Positions 35,939-48,490 of a stretch of DNA of 48,490 nucleotides are shown here, piece after piece. The notes below the pieces were generated by a model that was given only the letters and a program-made list of their open reading frames with translations, was not told the origin of the DNA and did not search any database. The position numbers and the translations under genes are program-made. Where the stretch lies: assembly GCA_031366795.1 (NCBI GenBank), contig JANLOX010000031.1, positions 1-48,490 of the forward strand, given 5' to 3'. Position 1 is the stretch's first letter, and each line of letters opens with the position of its first letter. Source of the DNA: Candidatus Eiseniibacteriota bacterium (GTDB lineage: Bacteria; Eisenbacteria; RBG-16-71-46).

Positions 35939-37522
35939 TTAGCGGTTCAGGCGGATCTCGACCGTCCCGATCGCTTCATTCTGCTTGCCGCCGACGATGT
36001 GTCCCGCATCGCGCACCCAGCGGTAGCCGCCTGAAGCGGTGATGAAGATGCCGCTGGCGGGCCAGTAGCGCAGTCCGCCTTCGAGATCGCGCGTGGTCTC
36101 GACGACGCCCTCGAAGTGCGACGACTGGATGGTGCCCGAGCCGGGAATGAACGGTTCGTCGAGGTTGTTCTCGCCCTTGTCGTTGTGCGTCGCAATGGCG
36201 AACAGCGTCCAGTCGGTGCCCGGGTCCCAGCCGGCGCGCACGCGGATGCGCCGCGCATCGGGGCCGGTGGGGAAGCCGATCGACTTGCCCTCGACCACAT
36301 AGGAGCGGCCAAAGTACGAGGTGTAGACGAAGCGACTGACGCGCGTCCATTCGCCGCCCCAGGTGACGCGCTGGCCGTGGATCAAGCCGGCGCCCTCCCA
36401 GCCGAACTGGTAGGCGAACTTGTTCGGGTACTTGCCGCTGCGCGCGTGGATGTCATCGAGCAGCAATTCGCCGTACACCTTGGTGCCTTCGGCGACGCGC
36501 CATGCGGCGTCGAACGACATGACCACGTTGTTGCGCAGCACGGCACTCGAATCGGGTTCGCCCTGCACCTCGAGCCGCTGCACCAGCACGTAGGGGATGA
36601 AGCCGATCAGGTACAGCGGCTGCCACGTCGTTGCCTTGTAACGCGCCGCCTCGGTGATTCCCATGCGCACCCCATCCGAGAGCTGCCATTCGATGCGGTG
36701 CGCGGCGAGTTGCTCGCCCGAGGCTTGCGCCAGCGTGGCGTTCAAGGCGATGCCGTCGGCGCGCAGCGCCTGGTGATGCGCGCGGAAGACGATGCCCATC
36801 AGCGCCGGAGAGGTTCGCGACAGCACCAGTGAACCTTCCTGCCCCGGTCCCCAGTGCCAGCGGTTGCGGCCGAACTGGATGCCCCACTGGCCCTGCTCTT
36901 CCGTGTACGAGATGAAATTCTCGTCGGTGAGCACGATCACGTCGTTGTTGGGAACGATCGGGTCGGCGAAGGCGCGGGCGTGGTCGAATTGGCCCACCGT
37001 GTAATGGGAGTAGGCCAACAGCCGGTCGAGCCCGAGTGCGATGCGGCCCTGGAAGCCCGAGCCCGAGATCAGTTTCGTCTGCGTGCCGTTGAGGCGGTCG
37101 ACGCCCTCGAGACCGACGGACACCTCGAAGCGCGTTCGCTCGATGCTCGACTCATACAGCCGCGGCGTGGACTCGTAGCGGGAGTCGGGCCCGAACAACG
37201 GTGAGCGGTCGCGCCCCAGTTGGCGCTCGATGCGCGCGAGCGAAATGTCGCGAACGCGGCCGAGTGTGGCGGGCGTGGTGCCGATGCCCTGGAGCTCGAT
37301 CGACTGCAGCGGCTGCGTGTCGAGATGGGGCAGGCGGATGCGGTTCTGCAGCGCGCTCGAGTCGTAGAGATCGAGGATGCGCAGCTCGTCGCTGATGGGA
37401 TCGCCCACGGGAATGTTGTCATAGGGCGTGGCTCTTGCGGGCTTTGCCCCAAAGCTAAGCGCCAGCAGGCAGCCGATGGCTGCCATGATCGGTCGCGGAC
37501 TTCCTTGTCGCGTGGCCCACAT
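35939..37522 (-). CDS. Capsule assembly Wzi-family outer membrane protein (start 37522 or 37486)
   Basis: Signal peptide; GRNRWHWGPGQEGSLVLS motif; beta-strand-rich C-terminal half. Confidence 0.75.
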   Translation of the reverse strand: MWATRQGSPRPIMAAIGCLLALSFGAKPARATPYDNIPVGDPISDELRILDLYDSSALQNRIRLPHLDTQPLQSIELQGIGTTPATLGRVRDISLARIERQLGRDRSPLFGPDSRYESTPRLYESSIERTRFEVSVGLEGVDRLNGTQTKLISGSGFQGRIALGLDRLLAYSHYTVGQFDHARAFADPIVPNNDVIVLTDENFISYTEEQGQWGIQFGRNRWHWGPGQEGSLVLSRTSPALMGIVFRAHHQALRADGIALNATLAQASGEQLAAHRIEWQLSDGVRMGITEAARYKATTWQPLYLIGFIPYVLVQRLEVQGEPDSSAVLRNNVVMSFDAAWRVAEGTKVYGELLLDDIHARSGKYPNKFAYQFGWEGAGLIHGQRVTWGGEWTRVSRFVYTSYFGRSYVVEGKSIGFPTGPDARRIRVRAGWDPGTDWTLFAIATHNDKGENNLDEPFIPGSGTIQSSHFEGVVETTRDLEGGLRYWPASGIFITASGGYRWVRDAGHIVGGKQNEAIGTVEIRLNR

Positions 37523-37692
37523 GGTCTCCGGATGTTAGCAGCCCGCTTCGTGTTCGGCCACCCGCCCGGGCGGAATTCGCAGGCGGGGTGACGGGGCCCG
37601 CGCGGGGGCCCGAATCGTGCGAAAGGCGTAGGCAGGGGAAATATCCCCACCCACCCTTGCCGCCATCGCACCCCGCTCCGCATCGAGGCCCA

Positions 37693-40188
37693 TTGAAGCA
37701 AACGTTTCCGCCGCTCGCGCGGTTCGCCGGCGTTGTCGCAGCAATTGCCTTGTCCCTCGGGAGCGCCCGCCCTGCCCACGCTGCCCGGCTCGATGTCCGC
37801 ACCCGCGCCGCCGCAATCACTGCGCGCCTGAACGCTCCACCCTCCGCCGAACGCAACGCCCTGCTGCCGGTGAACGAGGCCGGCGAGCTCGACGTCTTTA
37901 TTCGCGGCAACGCCTCGCGCGCAGCCCTCGAGGCGGCAGGCGCCACGGTGCGCACGCAGCTGCCGGGGCTGTGCACGGCATACATTCCCGTCGAAGCGCT
38001 GGATCGTGTCGCTGCGGTGACCGGCGTGACCGCGGTGCGGCTCGCCGCTGCCGTCGAACCTGAACTATCGGCGAGTGTCCCGACCACCGGCGCGCTGCTG
38101 CTGCGCGGTCCCGGTCCCGCATTCGAAGGCCTGAACGGTCGCGGCGTGCTGGTGGGCTCGGTCGACACCGGTGTCGACTTCGGCCATGGCGACTTCCGCG
38201 ATTCGACCGGGGCCACGCGCTTCGTCTCGATCTGGGATCAAGTGGCGCCGGGAACCGGCAGTGCCGGCTATCCTTATGGCCGCATCTGGAGCGCCGCGGA
38301 AATCAACGCCGGAGCCTGCACCGAGGCGGATTCCGGCAGCCACGGCACCCATGTGCTGGGCATCGCGGCCGGCGACGGCAGCCAGACCGGCGGCTCGGTT
38401 CCTGCCTTCACGCATGTGGGAATGGCCCCGGCCGCCGACCTGGCACTGGTGAAGAGCGCCTTCAGCACCACCGCTGTGCTCGACGGCGTGCGCTGGCTGT
38501 TCGACCTCGCCGCCTCGCGTGGCGAGAACGCCGTGGTCAACCTTTCGATCGGCACGCAATTCGGGCCGCACGATGGCAGCAGTGACTTCGAGCAGGGACT
38601 GGAGAGCCTCGTGGGACCGGGCCGCATCGTCGTTAAATCCGCCGGCAACGATCGCGGCACCGCGAAACATGCCGAGACCGCCGCCATCGCCGCGGGCAGC
38701 AGCATCACGCTGTCCGTGTCAGGGACAGCGGCCAGTCGCGTCTTCGCCATCGATGGCTACTACGATTCCACCGAGCGCCTGCGCGTCCGGCTCACCACGC
38801 CCTCGGGCGTCGTGATCGGACCGCTGGGCTTAGGCGTCGAGAGCGCCGCGTATCCTGGGGTCGCGACCACCAGCGGCACCGTTTATGTCGCCCAGGAGAG
38901 TCTCGCCACCGGGCGGCGCAACGTCTACATCGAGGTCAATGGCACAGCCGCGAGCACCGCCATGAACGGCACCTGGACGATCACGTTCTTCGCGGACCAA
39001 CTCGGCACCTCGAACGGACTCGTCGACCTGTGGCGCTTCCACGCGAGCAGCGGGCTCAGCGCGAATTTCATCTCCGGAAACCAGCCGACGCGCGAGTTGA
39101 TCACCGAACCGGGCAACGCGCCGAGCGTCATCACCGTGGGTTCGTATGTGACGCGAACGGCGTGGACCGCATGCAACGGCACGGTCTCGAACTTCAGCAG
39201 TCCGCCGCCCTATGGCAACCTGTCGTCGTTCTCGAGCCCTGGTCCTACACGGGATGGCCGCCAGAAGCCGGACCTGGTGGCGCCGGGCGAAGCGATCCTC
39301 TCGGCGACCTCATTCGACATCCCCGTCACCTGCCCGGGCAGCGGTGTCGCCTCCACTTACGCGAACGATGGCGGGCAGCATACCGCCATGCGCGGCACCA
39401 GCATGAGCGCGCCGCATGTCGCGGGTGCCGTTGCGTTGTTGCTGCAGAAGCGGGGAGCGCTGACACCCGCTGAAGTGAAGAGCTACCTCACCGCGCACGC
39501 CAAGCGCGATGCCTTCACCGGGGTCAACCCGGGCAACGAGTGGGGAGCGGGCAAACTGTTCCTCGGCGACCTGCTCGACCCGATCGTCCAAAACATCAGC
39601 GTCGCCCCGCAGGCCGATGTCATCATTGACGGTACGATGTCGCTCAGCTGGAGCGGCAAGGATTCCCTCGGCAGCGTCGCGAGCGTCGACCTCGAGTTGT
39701 CGCGCAACGGGCTCGACGGCCCCTACGCAGCCATCGCAGCGGGGATTCCCAACAGCGGCAGCTATTCATGGACCGTGACCGGACCGGCGACGGGTGAAGG
39801 GCTGGCGTTCGTGCGCGTGGTGGCGCACGACTCCAACGGCAACAGCGGCAGCGCCGTTCTGGGATCGGGGTTCACCATTCACAGTCCGCTCGCCGTGGGA
39901 GGCGGTCCGTCGCTTCGCTGGGCGCTCGGTCCCGTCACGCCGAATCCCGCCGCGGGACCCATGCGCGTTTCCTTCGCGCTGGCGGCCCGGGCGGATGTGC
40001 GAGTGGCGGTGCACGATGTGCTCGGACGTTACGTCACCACGCTCGCCAGCGGTGCGTTTGCCGCAGGGTCCCACGAAGTGGTGTGGGACTTGAAGCGCCA
40101 GGGCGCGCCGGTGCGCGCGGGGATCTACTTCGTCGGCTACGACACGCCCGCGGGACGCTTCACGCGCCGGGTGGTCATCGCCGGCTAG
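37693..40188 (+). CDS. Secreted S8 subtilisin-like serine protease with C-terminal FlgD/T9SS-like domain
   Basis: Signal peptide after TTG; catalytic DTG, HGTH, GTSMS; SAGN oxyanion; Csp-like insertion; CTD PNP...HDVLGRYV...GIYFV. Confidence 0.92.
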   Translation: MKQTFPPLARFAGVVAAIALSLGSARPAHAARLDVRTRAAAITARLNAPPSAERNALLPVNEAGELDVFIRGNASRAALEAAGATVRTQLPGLCTAYIPVEALDRVAAVTGVTAVRLAAAVEPELSASVPTTGALLLRGPGPAFEGLNGRGVLVGSVDTGVDFGHGDFRDSTGATRFVSIWDQVAPGTGSAGYPYGRIWSAAEINAGACTEADSGSHGTHVLGIAAGDGSQTGGSVPAFTHVGMAPAADLALVKSAFSTTAVLDGVRWLFDLAASRGENAVVNLSIGTQFGPHDGSSDFEQGLESLVGPGRIVVKSAGNDRGTAKHAETAAIAAGSSITLSVSGTAASRVFAIDGYYDSTERLRVRLTTPSGVVIGPLGLGVESAAYPGVATTSGTVYVAQESLATGRRNVYIEVNGTAASTAMNGTWTITFFADQLGTSNGLVDLWRFHASSGLSANFISGNQPTRELITEPGNAPSVITVGSYVTRTAWTACNGTVSNFSSPPPYGNLSSFSSPGPTRDGRQKPDLVAPGEAILSATSFDIPVTCPGSGVASTYANDGGQHTAMRGTSMSAPHVAGAVALLLQKRGALTPAEVKSYLTAHAKRDAFTGVNPGNEWGAGKLFLGDLLDPIVQNISVAPQADVIIDGTMSLSWSGKDSLGSVASVDLELSRNGLDGPYAAIAAGIPNSGSYSWTVTGPATGEGLAFVRVVAHDSNGNSGSAVLGSGFTIHSPLAVGGGPSLRWALGPVTPNPAAGPMRVSFALAARADVRVAVHDVLGRYVTTLASGAFAAGSHEVVWDLKRQGAPVRAGIYFVGYDTPAGRFTRRVVIAG

Positions 40189-40206
40189 GCCGCGTTCCGG
40201 GGGAGT

Positions 40207-40236
40207 TGCGGCCCCGGTGTGTGCGGCCCCGGTGTG
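40207..40236. repeat. Perfect 15-bp tandem duplication TGCGGCCCCGGTGTG x2
   Basis: Read directly in the intergenic region. Confidence 0.8.
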
Positions 40237-40394
40237 CCGCCGGTTGAGCTGCCGCGCGGGTATGCTCGCGCCGGGTTCAGGCCGCCCGTATGCCGTATGC
40301 CGGGAACTCTCCGCGCTCGATCCGGGTATCGATGCAGGTGACCCGGTCTTCGCAATCCCGCGCGGATCCGCGTTGCCACCCCTCCGAGGCTCCG

Positions 40395-43046
40395 ATGCCC
40401 ATTCGCGACTGGCCGCGCCGCGCCGCCTTCATGCTGGCACTGCTGGCGGTACCCGCCGGAGCCCCGCACGCGCAGGTCATCGATCACGGCTTCGACATCG
40501 CGGACCAATCGGTCAACGCCACGGTCGTGTCGGGCGGCACGCTCTACATGGGCGGCAACTTCACGCACGTCGGTCCATTCACGGGTTCTGCGACGATCCT
40601 TGATTCGCTGACGGGACTTCCGCTCGGCAGCGTGCAGCGCGTCACGGGCAGCGTGCTGGCGGCGGCGCCCGACGGCGTGGGCGGCTGGTTCATCGGTGGC
40701 GCCTTCACTGTGCCGGGCACACCTTCGCGCGCGAACCTCGCGCACCTGCTCGCGAGCGGCCAGTTCGCCCCCTGGGCGCCGGCGGTGGACGGGACAGTGC
40801 GCGCGCTAACGGTCGTGGGATCGCGGCTCATCGCCGGCGGCGACTTCACGATGGTGTCGGGCCAATCGCGCGGCCGCCTCGCGGCGTTCGATCTCACGAG
40901 TGGCCAGCTCATGGGCTGGAGTCCCGGCGCGGACAAACCCGTCCGCGCTCTGGCCGTGCGCGATACGGTGGTGTTGGTGGGCGGCGACTTTTCCGTGATT
41001 GCAGGCGTGCCGGTTCGCAACCTCGTGGCACTCGGACTGCTCGGTGGCTCGGCGACGAGTTGGCGCCCGCGCCCCGACGGTTCGGTCTATGCGCTCGCCG
41101 TGAGTGGTTCGCGCGTCTACGCGGCGGGCGGCTTCACCACGATTGGCGGCCAGCCGCGCATCTCGATCGCGGCGCTGGATACCTTGACGGGGCTCGCGAC
41201 TTCCTGGCGCGCGGATGCCAATGATGCCGTCACCGCGCTCGTCGCGGCAACCGGCACCGTATATGCGGCCGGCTCGTTCCGCGTGATCGGCGGGCAGCCG
41301 CGGAACTTCATCGCGGCACTCGATTCCGTGGCTGGTGCGGCGACCGTATGGGACCCGAATGCCGACAATGAGGTGAGCTCGATGTGGCTGAGCGGCGATC
41401 GCCTCTATGCAGGCGGCGCCTTCCGCAACATCGGTGGGCAACCGCGCAACTTCATCGCTGCGCTCAACGTCGCGGACGGACTCGCGAATGCCTGGGACCC
41501 GAATGCCGACGCGCCGGTGTTCGTCGTATCGGGGCGCGCAGGAGCGGTACTCGTGGGCGGTCGCTATGCCAGCATCGGCGGCAAGACGCGCAACCACCTC
41601 GCCGCCATCGATCTCGCCACGGGCCACGTCAATGACTGGGACCCCAACGCGAGCGAATCGGTGCATGCGCTCGCGGCGAGCGGCAACACGATCTACGCGG
41701 GCGGCGTGTTCGATCGTGTGGGCGGGCTACCGCGCAATCACCTCGCCGCGATCGACGGCACCAGCGGCGTTCCGTTCGTCTGGAACCCCGACGCGAACAA
41801 TGTCGTCGCCACACTCTGCACCGATGGGCCGGCGGTTTACGCGGGCGGTTCGTTCCTCACCGTCGGCGGCGTGTCGCGGACCTATCTCGCGGCGATCGAT
41901 TCGGCGAGCGGGAGCATTTTGCCCTGGGCGCCGCAGGCAGACAACGTCGTCGTCGCCCTCGCGATGCAGGGCAACACGCTGTATGTGGGCGGCGGCTTCA
42001 CCACGATCGGTGGCCAATCGCGTAACCGGATCGCAGCACTGGATCTGGGAACCGGGATCGCCACGTCATGGAATCCCAACACCACCGGGTTCATCTACTG
42101 CCTAGCGGCGAATGGATCGATCATCTACGCGGGCGGCGCCTTCACCGGCATCGGTGGCCAACCGCGTTCGTGCATCGCGGCGCTTGATTCTGCGACGGGG
42201 CAGGCGCTGGCCTGGAACCCCAGCATCAGCGGTGACTCCCCCAACGTGAAGGCGTTGCTCGTGCGTGACGGCGCGGTATACGCGGGCGGGGCGTTCTCCG
42301 CCTCAGGTAGCGCGCCGCGACTCAATCTCGCCGCGGTCGATGCGGCGAGCGGCGCTGCGACAGCATGGGATCCCTCGCCCAACCGCTCCATCTTCTCGCT
42401 CGCCGCGCACGCGTCGTTCATCTTCGCCGCAGGGGTGTTCGATAGCGTGGCGCTGGAGCCGCGCGCGAATCTCGTCGCCATCGGTGACGTGTTCACCGCC
42501 ACGACGATGTCGCTGGTGCGCGCCGAGGCGCGCGACGGCGAAGTGCGGCTCGCGTGGTACGCGCACGCGGATCTGGGCGCGAGCTTCACGCTGTACCGCT
42601 GCGAGAGATCAGGCGCCTGGCGATCGATGGGCAGTGTGTTCGCGGACGGGACAGGGCTCCTCGAAGTCGTCGACACACGCGTCATTGCGGGCGCGCGCTA
42701 CGGTTACCGCATCGGCGTCACGAGCGCGAGTGGCGAGGAGGCCCTGGGTGAGACATGGGTCACGGTTCCGCTCACCGCGCGTCTGCGGCTCGATGGCGCG
42801 CGACCGAACCCCTCGCGCGGCGCGCTCGATGTCGCCTTCGTGCTGCCGGACGCCGCACCGGCGCGTCTCGAGGTGCTCGACCTGGCGGGCCGCCGCGTCG
42901 TCTCGCGCGAGGTGGGAGCGTGGGGCGCGGGCAGTCACGTCGTGCGCGTGGCGGCAGCCGGCGCACTGGCGCCGGGCGTCTACTTCGTGCGCCTGGGCCG
43001 GGGGGGAGAGTCGGTGACGCGTCGCTGTGTCGTCGTCCGGGACTGA
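40395..43046 (+). CDS. Secreted beta-propeller repeat protein with C-terminal FlgD/T9SS-like domain
   Basis: Signal peptide; 14 repeats of about 48 aa (W.P.AD..V.AL...G..VYAGG.F..IGG..RN.IAALD); CTD RPNP...LDLAGRRV...GVYFVRL. Confidence 0.88.
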   Translation: MPIRDWPRRAAFMLALLAVPAGAPHAQVIDHGFDIADQSVNATVVSGGTLYMGGNFTHVGPFTGSATILDSLTGLPLGSVQRVTGSVLAAAPDGVGGWFIGGAFTVPGTPSRANLAHLLASGQFAPWAPAVDGTVRALTVVGSRLIAGGDFTMVSGQSRGRLAAFDLTSGQLMGWSPGADKPVRALAVRDTVVLVGGDFSVIAGVPVRNLVALGLLGGSATSWRPRPDGSVYALAVSGSRVYAAGGFTTIGGQPRISIAALDTLTGLATSWRADANDAVTALVAATGTVYAAGSFRVIGGQPRNFIAALDSVAGAATVWDPNADNEVSSMWLSGDRLYAGGAFRNIGGQPRNFIAALNVADGLANAWDPNADAPVFVVSGRAGAVLVGGRYASIGGKTRNHLAAIDLATGHVNDWDPNASESVHALAASGNTIYAGGVFDRVGGLPRNHLAAIDGTSGVPFVWNPDANNVVATLCTDGPAVYAGGSFLTVGGVSRTYLAAIDSASGSILPWAPQADNVVVALAMQGNTLYVGGGFTTIGGQSRNRIAALDLGTGIATSWNPNTTGFIYCLAANGSIIYAGGAFTGIGGQPRSCIAALDSATGQALAWNPSISGDSPNVKALLVRDGAVYAGGAFSASGSAPRLNLAAVDAASGAATAWDPSPNRSIFSLAAHASFIFAAGVFDSVALEPRANLVAIGDVFTATTMSLVRAEARDGEVRLAWYAHADLGASFTLYRCERSGAWRSMGSVFADGTGLLEVVDTRVIAGARYGYRIGVTSASGEEALGETWVTVPLTARLRLDGARPNPSRGALDVAFVLPDAAPARLEVLDLAGRRVVSREVGAWGAGSHVVRVAAAGALAPGVYFVRLGRGGESVTRRCVVVRD

Positions 43047-43169
43047 TTCACCCGCTTGCGGGCAAACAGCCGCGTTTTTGGCCCCACTTTGCCGTGTGTG
43101 ATAGCTTCCCTCGCTGATTTCCAGCGGGGCCATCCTGGTCCCCAATCCTGCCACCTTAGAGGACCTCCC

Positions 43170-45833
<2,664 letters not shown>

Positions 45834-46172
45834 TCTTCCAGGTTGCTGGGCCGCCCGCGCTTCGGCGCCACCTCGCGCTTGCTGCCTCAGCGGCCCGCTG
45901 CTATCCCAGACGAAGTGGCCAAAGCGGCTGGAATTGCCTCCTGTTGAGCCCTTTCCGGGGTGGCGTAGACAATTGGCCCAAGCCAAAACCCCTGTTTGGT
46001 ACCACCGAACACGGTGTAGCAACTCACTACACAATCATAACTAGCCCTGTCATTGACCTGAATTGGGGTCTACAATTTCTGTCCACGCGCCCTCTTTTTA
46101 CAGGGTGGCTTGCCGAATCACCTGCTTGACACGCTCGATTCTCCGTCCCGAAACAGCACCCCCGGAGGCAAC

Positions 46173-48490
46173 ATGCCCAGCCCGCACCCGCGACTCCTGC
46201 GCCCCCTGTTGACCAAGATCCTTGGCCGTTCGCTGATGGGATTGGCCGTCTTTGCCCTCACACTGGGCGCCTCCGTTGGTATTAGCCAGGCTGAAACGAT
46301 CACGGCCTCGGCGGGCGCGGGCGGCACGATCAGCCCCAGTGGCGCCGTGTCCGTGACAACGGGTGCGGACCAGAAGATCGGTATTGCGGCTGATCCCTGC
46401 TACTCGATCGCCGATGTGCTGGTGGACGGCAATTCGGTCGGTGCGGTGTCGTCCTACACGTTCACCAACGTGACGGCGGACCACACCATCGCGGCGTCGT
46501 TCTCGGTCAACACCTTCACGATCACGGCCTCGGCCGGTGCGGGCGGCTCGATCAGCCCGAGCGGTGCGGTGTCGGTGAACTGCGGCGCGGACCAGGCGTT
46601 CACAATCGCCACCGCCGCGTGCAACGCGATCCAGGACGTGCTCGTGGATGGCGTCTCGGTGGGTGCGGTTGCGGCCTACACGTTCTCGAACGTGCAGCTG
46701 GACCACACCATCGCGGCGACGTTCGTTTCGACCACGCTGGCGACCACCAACGCGCTCACGATCAGCCCGAGCCCGTCGGTCTGCCAGCAGGCCATCAGCA
46801 TCACCTCCACGCTGACGCCGAACACGGCGACGGGCGCGGTCGAGTTCTTCGACGGCGTCAGCTCGCTGGGTACGTCGACGGTGTCGAGCGGTACGGCAGT
46901 GCTGTCGCTGCCCTCCGGTCTGGCGGTGGGCGCGCACACGCTGAAGGGCGTGTTCACGCCGAGCGGCTGCTTCGTGGCGAGCACGTCGCCGAACAAGTCG
47001 CACACAGTCAACAAGGCGACGCCGGCGGTTACGCTGGCAGCCGATGTCAATCCGTCGATCTGGAACTCGCCGGTGACGTTCACGGCGACGGTTACCCCGG
47101 CGACGGCGACCGGTACGATCACGTTCAAGGATTCGCTCACGACGCTGGCGACGGTGACGCTCACGGGCGGCACGGCGCAGCTGGTGAAGTCGAACCTGTA
47201 CACGGGTAAGCACACGCGGATCACCGCGACCTATAACGGTGACGCGTGCTTCAACACGAAGACCTCGGCGAACTACGCGCAGCTGGTCTACCGCGCCGGA
47301 ACGACGACGTCCCTGTCGACCAACGTCAACCCGTCGAACTACGGGGCGACGGTGGTGCTGACGGCGACGGTTTCACCGGTGGGCGTCACGAACAAGGTGT
47401 CGTTCTACGACAACGGCAACCTGATGGGCGCAGTCAACGTGAACTCGTCAACGGGGCTGGCGACGCTTTCCACCAGCAACCTGCTGCCGGGCAAGCACGA
47501 CCTGACCGCCGCCTACCAGGGTGACACGCACTACTCACCCAGCAGCACGGCGAGCGCCTACAGCCAGCAGGTGGTCGTGGTTCCGGATCCCACCAGTGTC
47601 GCGCTCACGGCGAGCCCAAGCCCGACGACGTGCCAGACTCCGGTCACGTTGAAGGCCACGGTGACTCCGAGCAACGCCTCCGGCAGCGTCGAGTTCTTCG
47701 ACGGCGCCACCTCGCTGGGCAGCAGCTCGGTCATCACGGGGGTCGCGACGCTCGTGACCACCTTCAGCACCGGTTCGCACTCGCTGCACGCCACGTACGG
47801 CGGGGAAGTCTTCTATAACCCGAGCACGAGCCCGAACACTGCGCTGACGGTGACCAAGACGACGCCGGCCATCGCGATCACCAGCAGCGAGAACCCCTCC
47901 ACGTGGGCGCAGCCTGTGACGCTCACCGCCACCCTGACGCCGAACACGGCCACAGGAACGGTGACGTTCAAGGATTCGCTGCAGACGATCGCCATCGTGA
48001 CGATCGTCGGCGGCCAGGCTCAGCTGACGCGGTCGAACTTCTACACCGGCAAGCACACGCAGCTGGTTGCGATCTACAACGGCGACGCCTGCTTCAACAC
48101 GAAGACGTCGGCGTTCTTCACGCAGTCGGTCTACCGTGCGACGACGGTGATCTCGATGACCACGGACATCAACCCGAGCTACTACGAGCAGACGGTCAAG
48201 ATGACCGCATCGGTGACGCCGTTGGGGGCCACGAGGAACGTGTCCTTCTTCGATGGCACGACCCCGATGGGTGCCGCTGCCGTGAACTCGGCGACGGGTC
48301 TGGCGACGCTGAACTTCAACAACCTGCTGCCGGGTAAGCACGAGCTGTACGTGACCTACCAGGGGGACAGGAACTTCAAGCCGAGTGCGGCGCTCTCCAC
48401 CTACAGCCAGGTGGTCAATCCCGTCTCCACTGCGATCACGCTCGTATCGGACATCAACCCGTCGAAGTTCGGTCAGGCCATCACGCTGAC
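46173..48490 (+). CDS. Large secreted Ig-like repeat (adhesin-type) protein, 3'-truncated by window edge
   Basis: SD GGAGG, ATG 46173, signal peptide ending ISQA; two TITASAGAGG.ISPSG repeats, then bacterial Ig-like group-3 repeats; frame open to window end. Confidence 0.9.
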   Translation, partial: MPSPHPRLLRPLLTKILGRSLMGLAVFALTLGASVGISQAETITASAGAGGTISPSGAVSVTTGADQKIGIAADPCYSIADVLVDGNSVGAVSSYTFTNVTADHTIAASFSVNTFTITASAGAGGSISPSGAVSVNCGADQAFTIATAACNAIQDVLVDGVSVGAVAAYTFSNVQLDHTIAATFVSTTLATTNALTISPSPSVCQQAISITSTLTPNTATGAVEFFDGVSSLGTSTVSSGTAVLSLPSGLAVGAHTLKGVFTPSGCFVASTSPNKSHTVNKATPAVTLAADVNPSIWNSPVTFTATVTPATATGTITFKDSLTTLATVTLTGGTAQLVKSNLYTGKHTRITATYNGDACFNTKTSANYAQLVYRAGTTTSLSTNVNPSNYGATVVLTATVSPVGVTNKVSFYDNGNLMGAVNVNSSTGLATLSTSNLLPGKHDLTAAYQGDTHYSPSSTASAYSQQVVVVPDPTSVALTASPSPTTCQTPVTLKATVTPSNASGSVEFFDGATSLGSSSVITGVATLVTTFSTGSHSLHATYGGEVFYNPSTSPNTALTVTKTTPAIAITSSENPSTWAQPVTLTATLTPNTATGTVTFKDSLQTIAIVTIVGGQAQLTRSNFYTGKHTQLVAIYNGDACFNTKTSAFFTQSVYRATTVISMTTDINPSYYEQTVKMTASVTPLGATRNVSFFDGTTPMGAAAVNSATGLATLNFNNLLPGKHELYVTYQGDRNFKPSAALSTYSQVVNPVSTAITLVSDINPSKFGQAITL

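Noticed and set aside
40800..42460. Periodic nucleotide repeats as a CRISPR array
   Set aside because: They are degenerate in-frame coding repeats of a beta-propeller protein; no cas genes and no unique-spacer architecture

Overview
GC-rich bacterial chromosomal window. The C-terminal FlgD/T9SS-like sorting domains and the ValS 'TMGH' motif suggest an FCB-associated lineage such as Ca. Eisenbacteria; this is inference only. Left to right: the 3' half of the dcw cluster (mraY-murD-ftsW-murG-murC-ftsQ-ftsA-ftsZ, without murB/ddl), rpmB, recG, an MBOAT+SGNH O-acylation pair, a zinc-ribbon protein, a PatA-like/PimA-like/MFS glycolipid operon, an MglA-family GTPase with a long tail and no adjacent mglB, a solitary trpA and a membrane PDZ-PP2C phosphatase. 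An ~10 kb signalling island follows. It holds flagellar-type regulators (csrA, flgM-like, PAS kinase + sigma54 activator, REC, stand-alone sigma-region-4 protein, flhG/fleN, fliA, degenerate GGDEF, hybrid kinase) but no flagellar structural gene in the window. Read directly from the DNA: one sigma54 promoter with upstream palindromes, and three equally spaced sigma28-type promoters. These lie before mglA, before csrA-flgM, and before an unannotated 24-codon hydrophobic ORF whose leader starts with a CsrA-type hairpin. The right end encodes an NDP-sugar epimerase, a Wzi-like protein, a secreted S8 protease, a 14-repeat beta-propeller protein, valS and the start of a large Ig-repeat surface protein missing from the ORF track. 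Two copies of a REP/MITE-like palindrome are present. No rRNA, tRNA, CRISPR array or transposase was seen.
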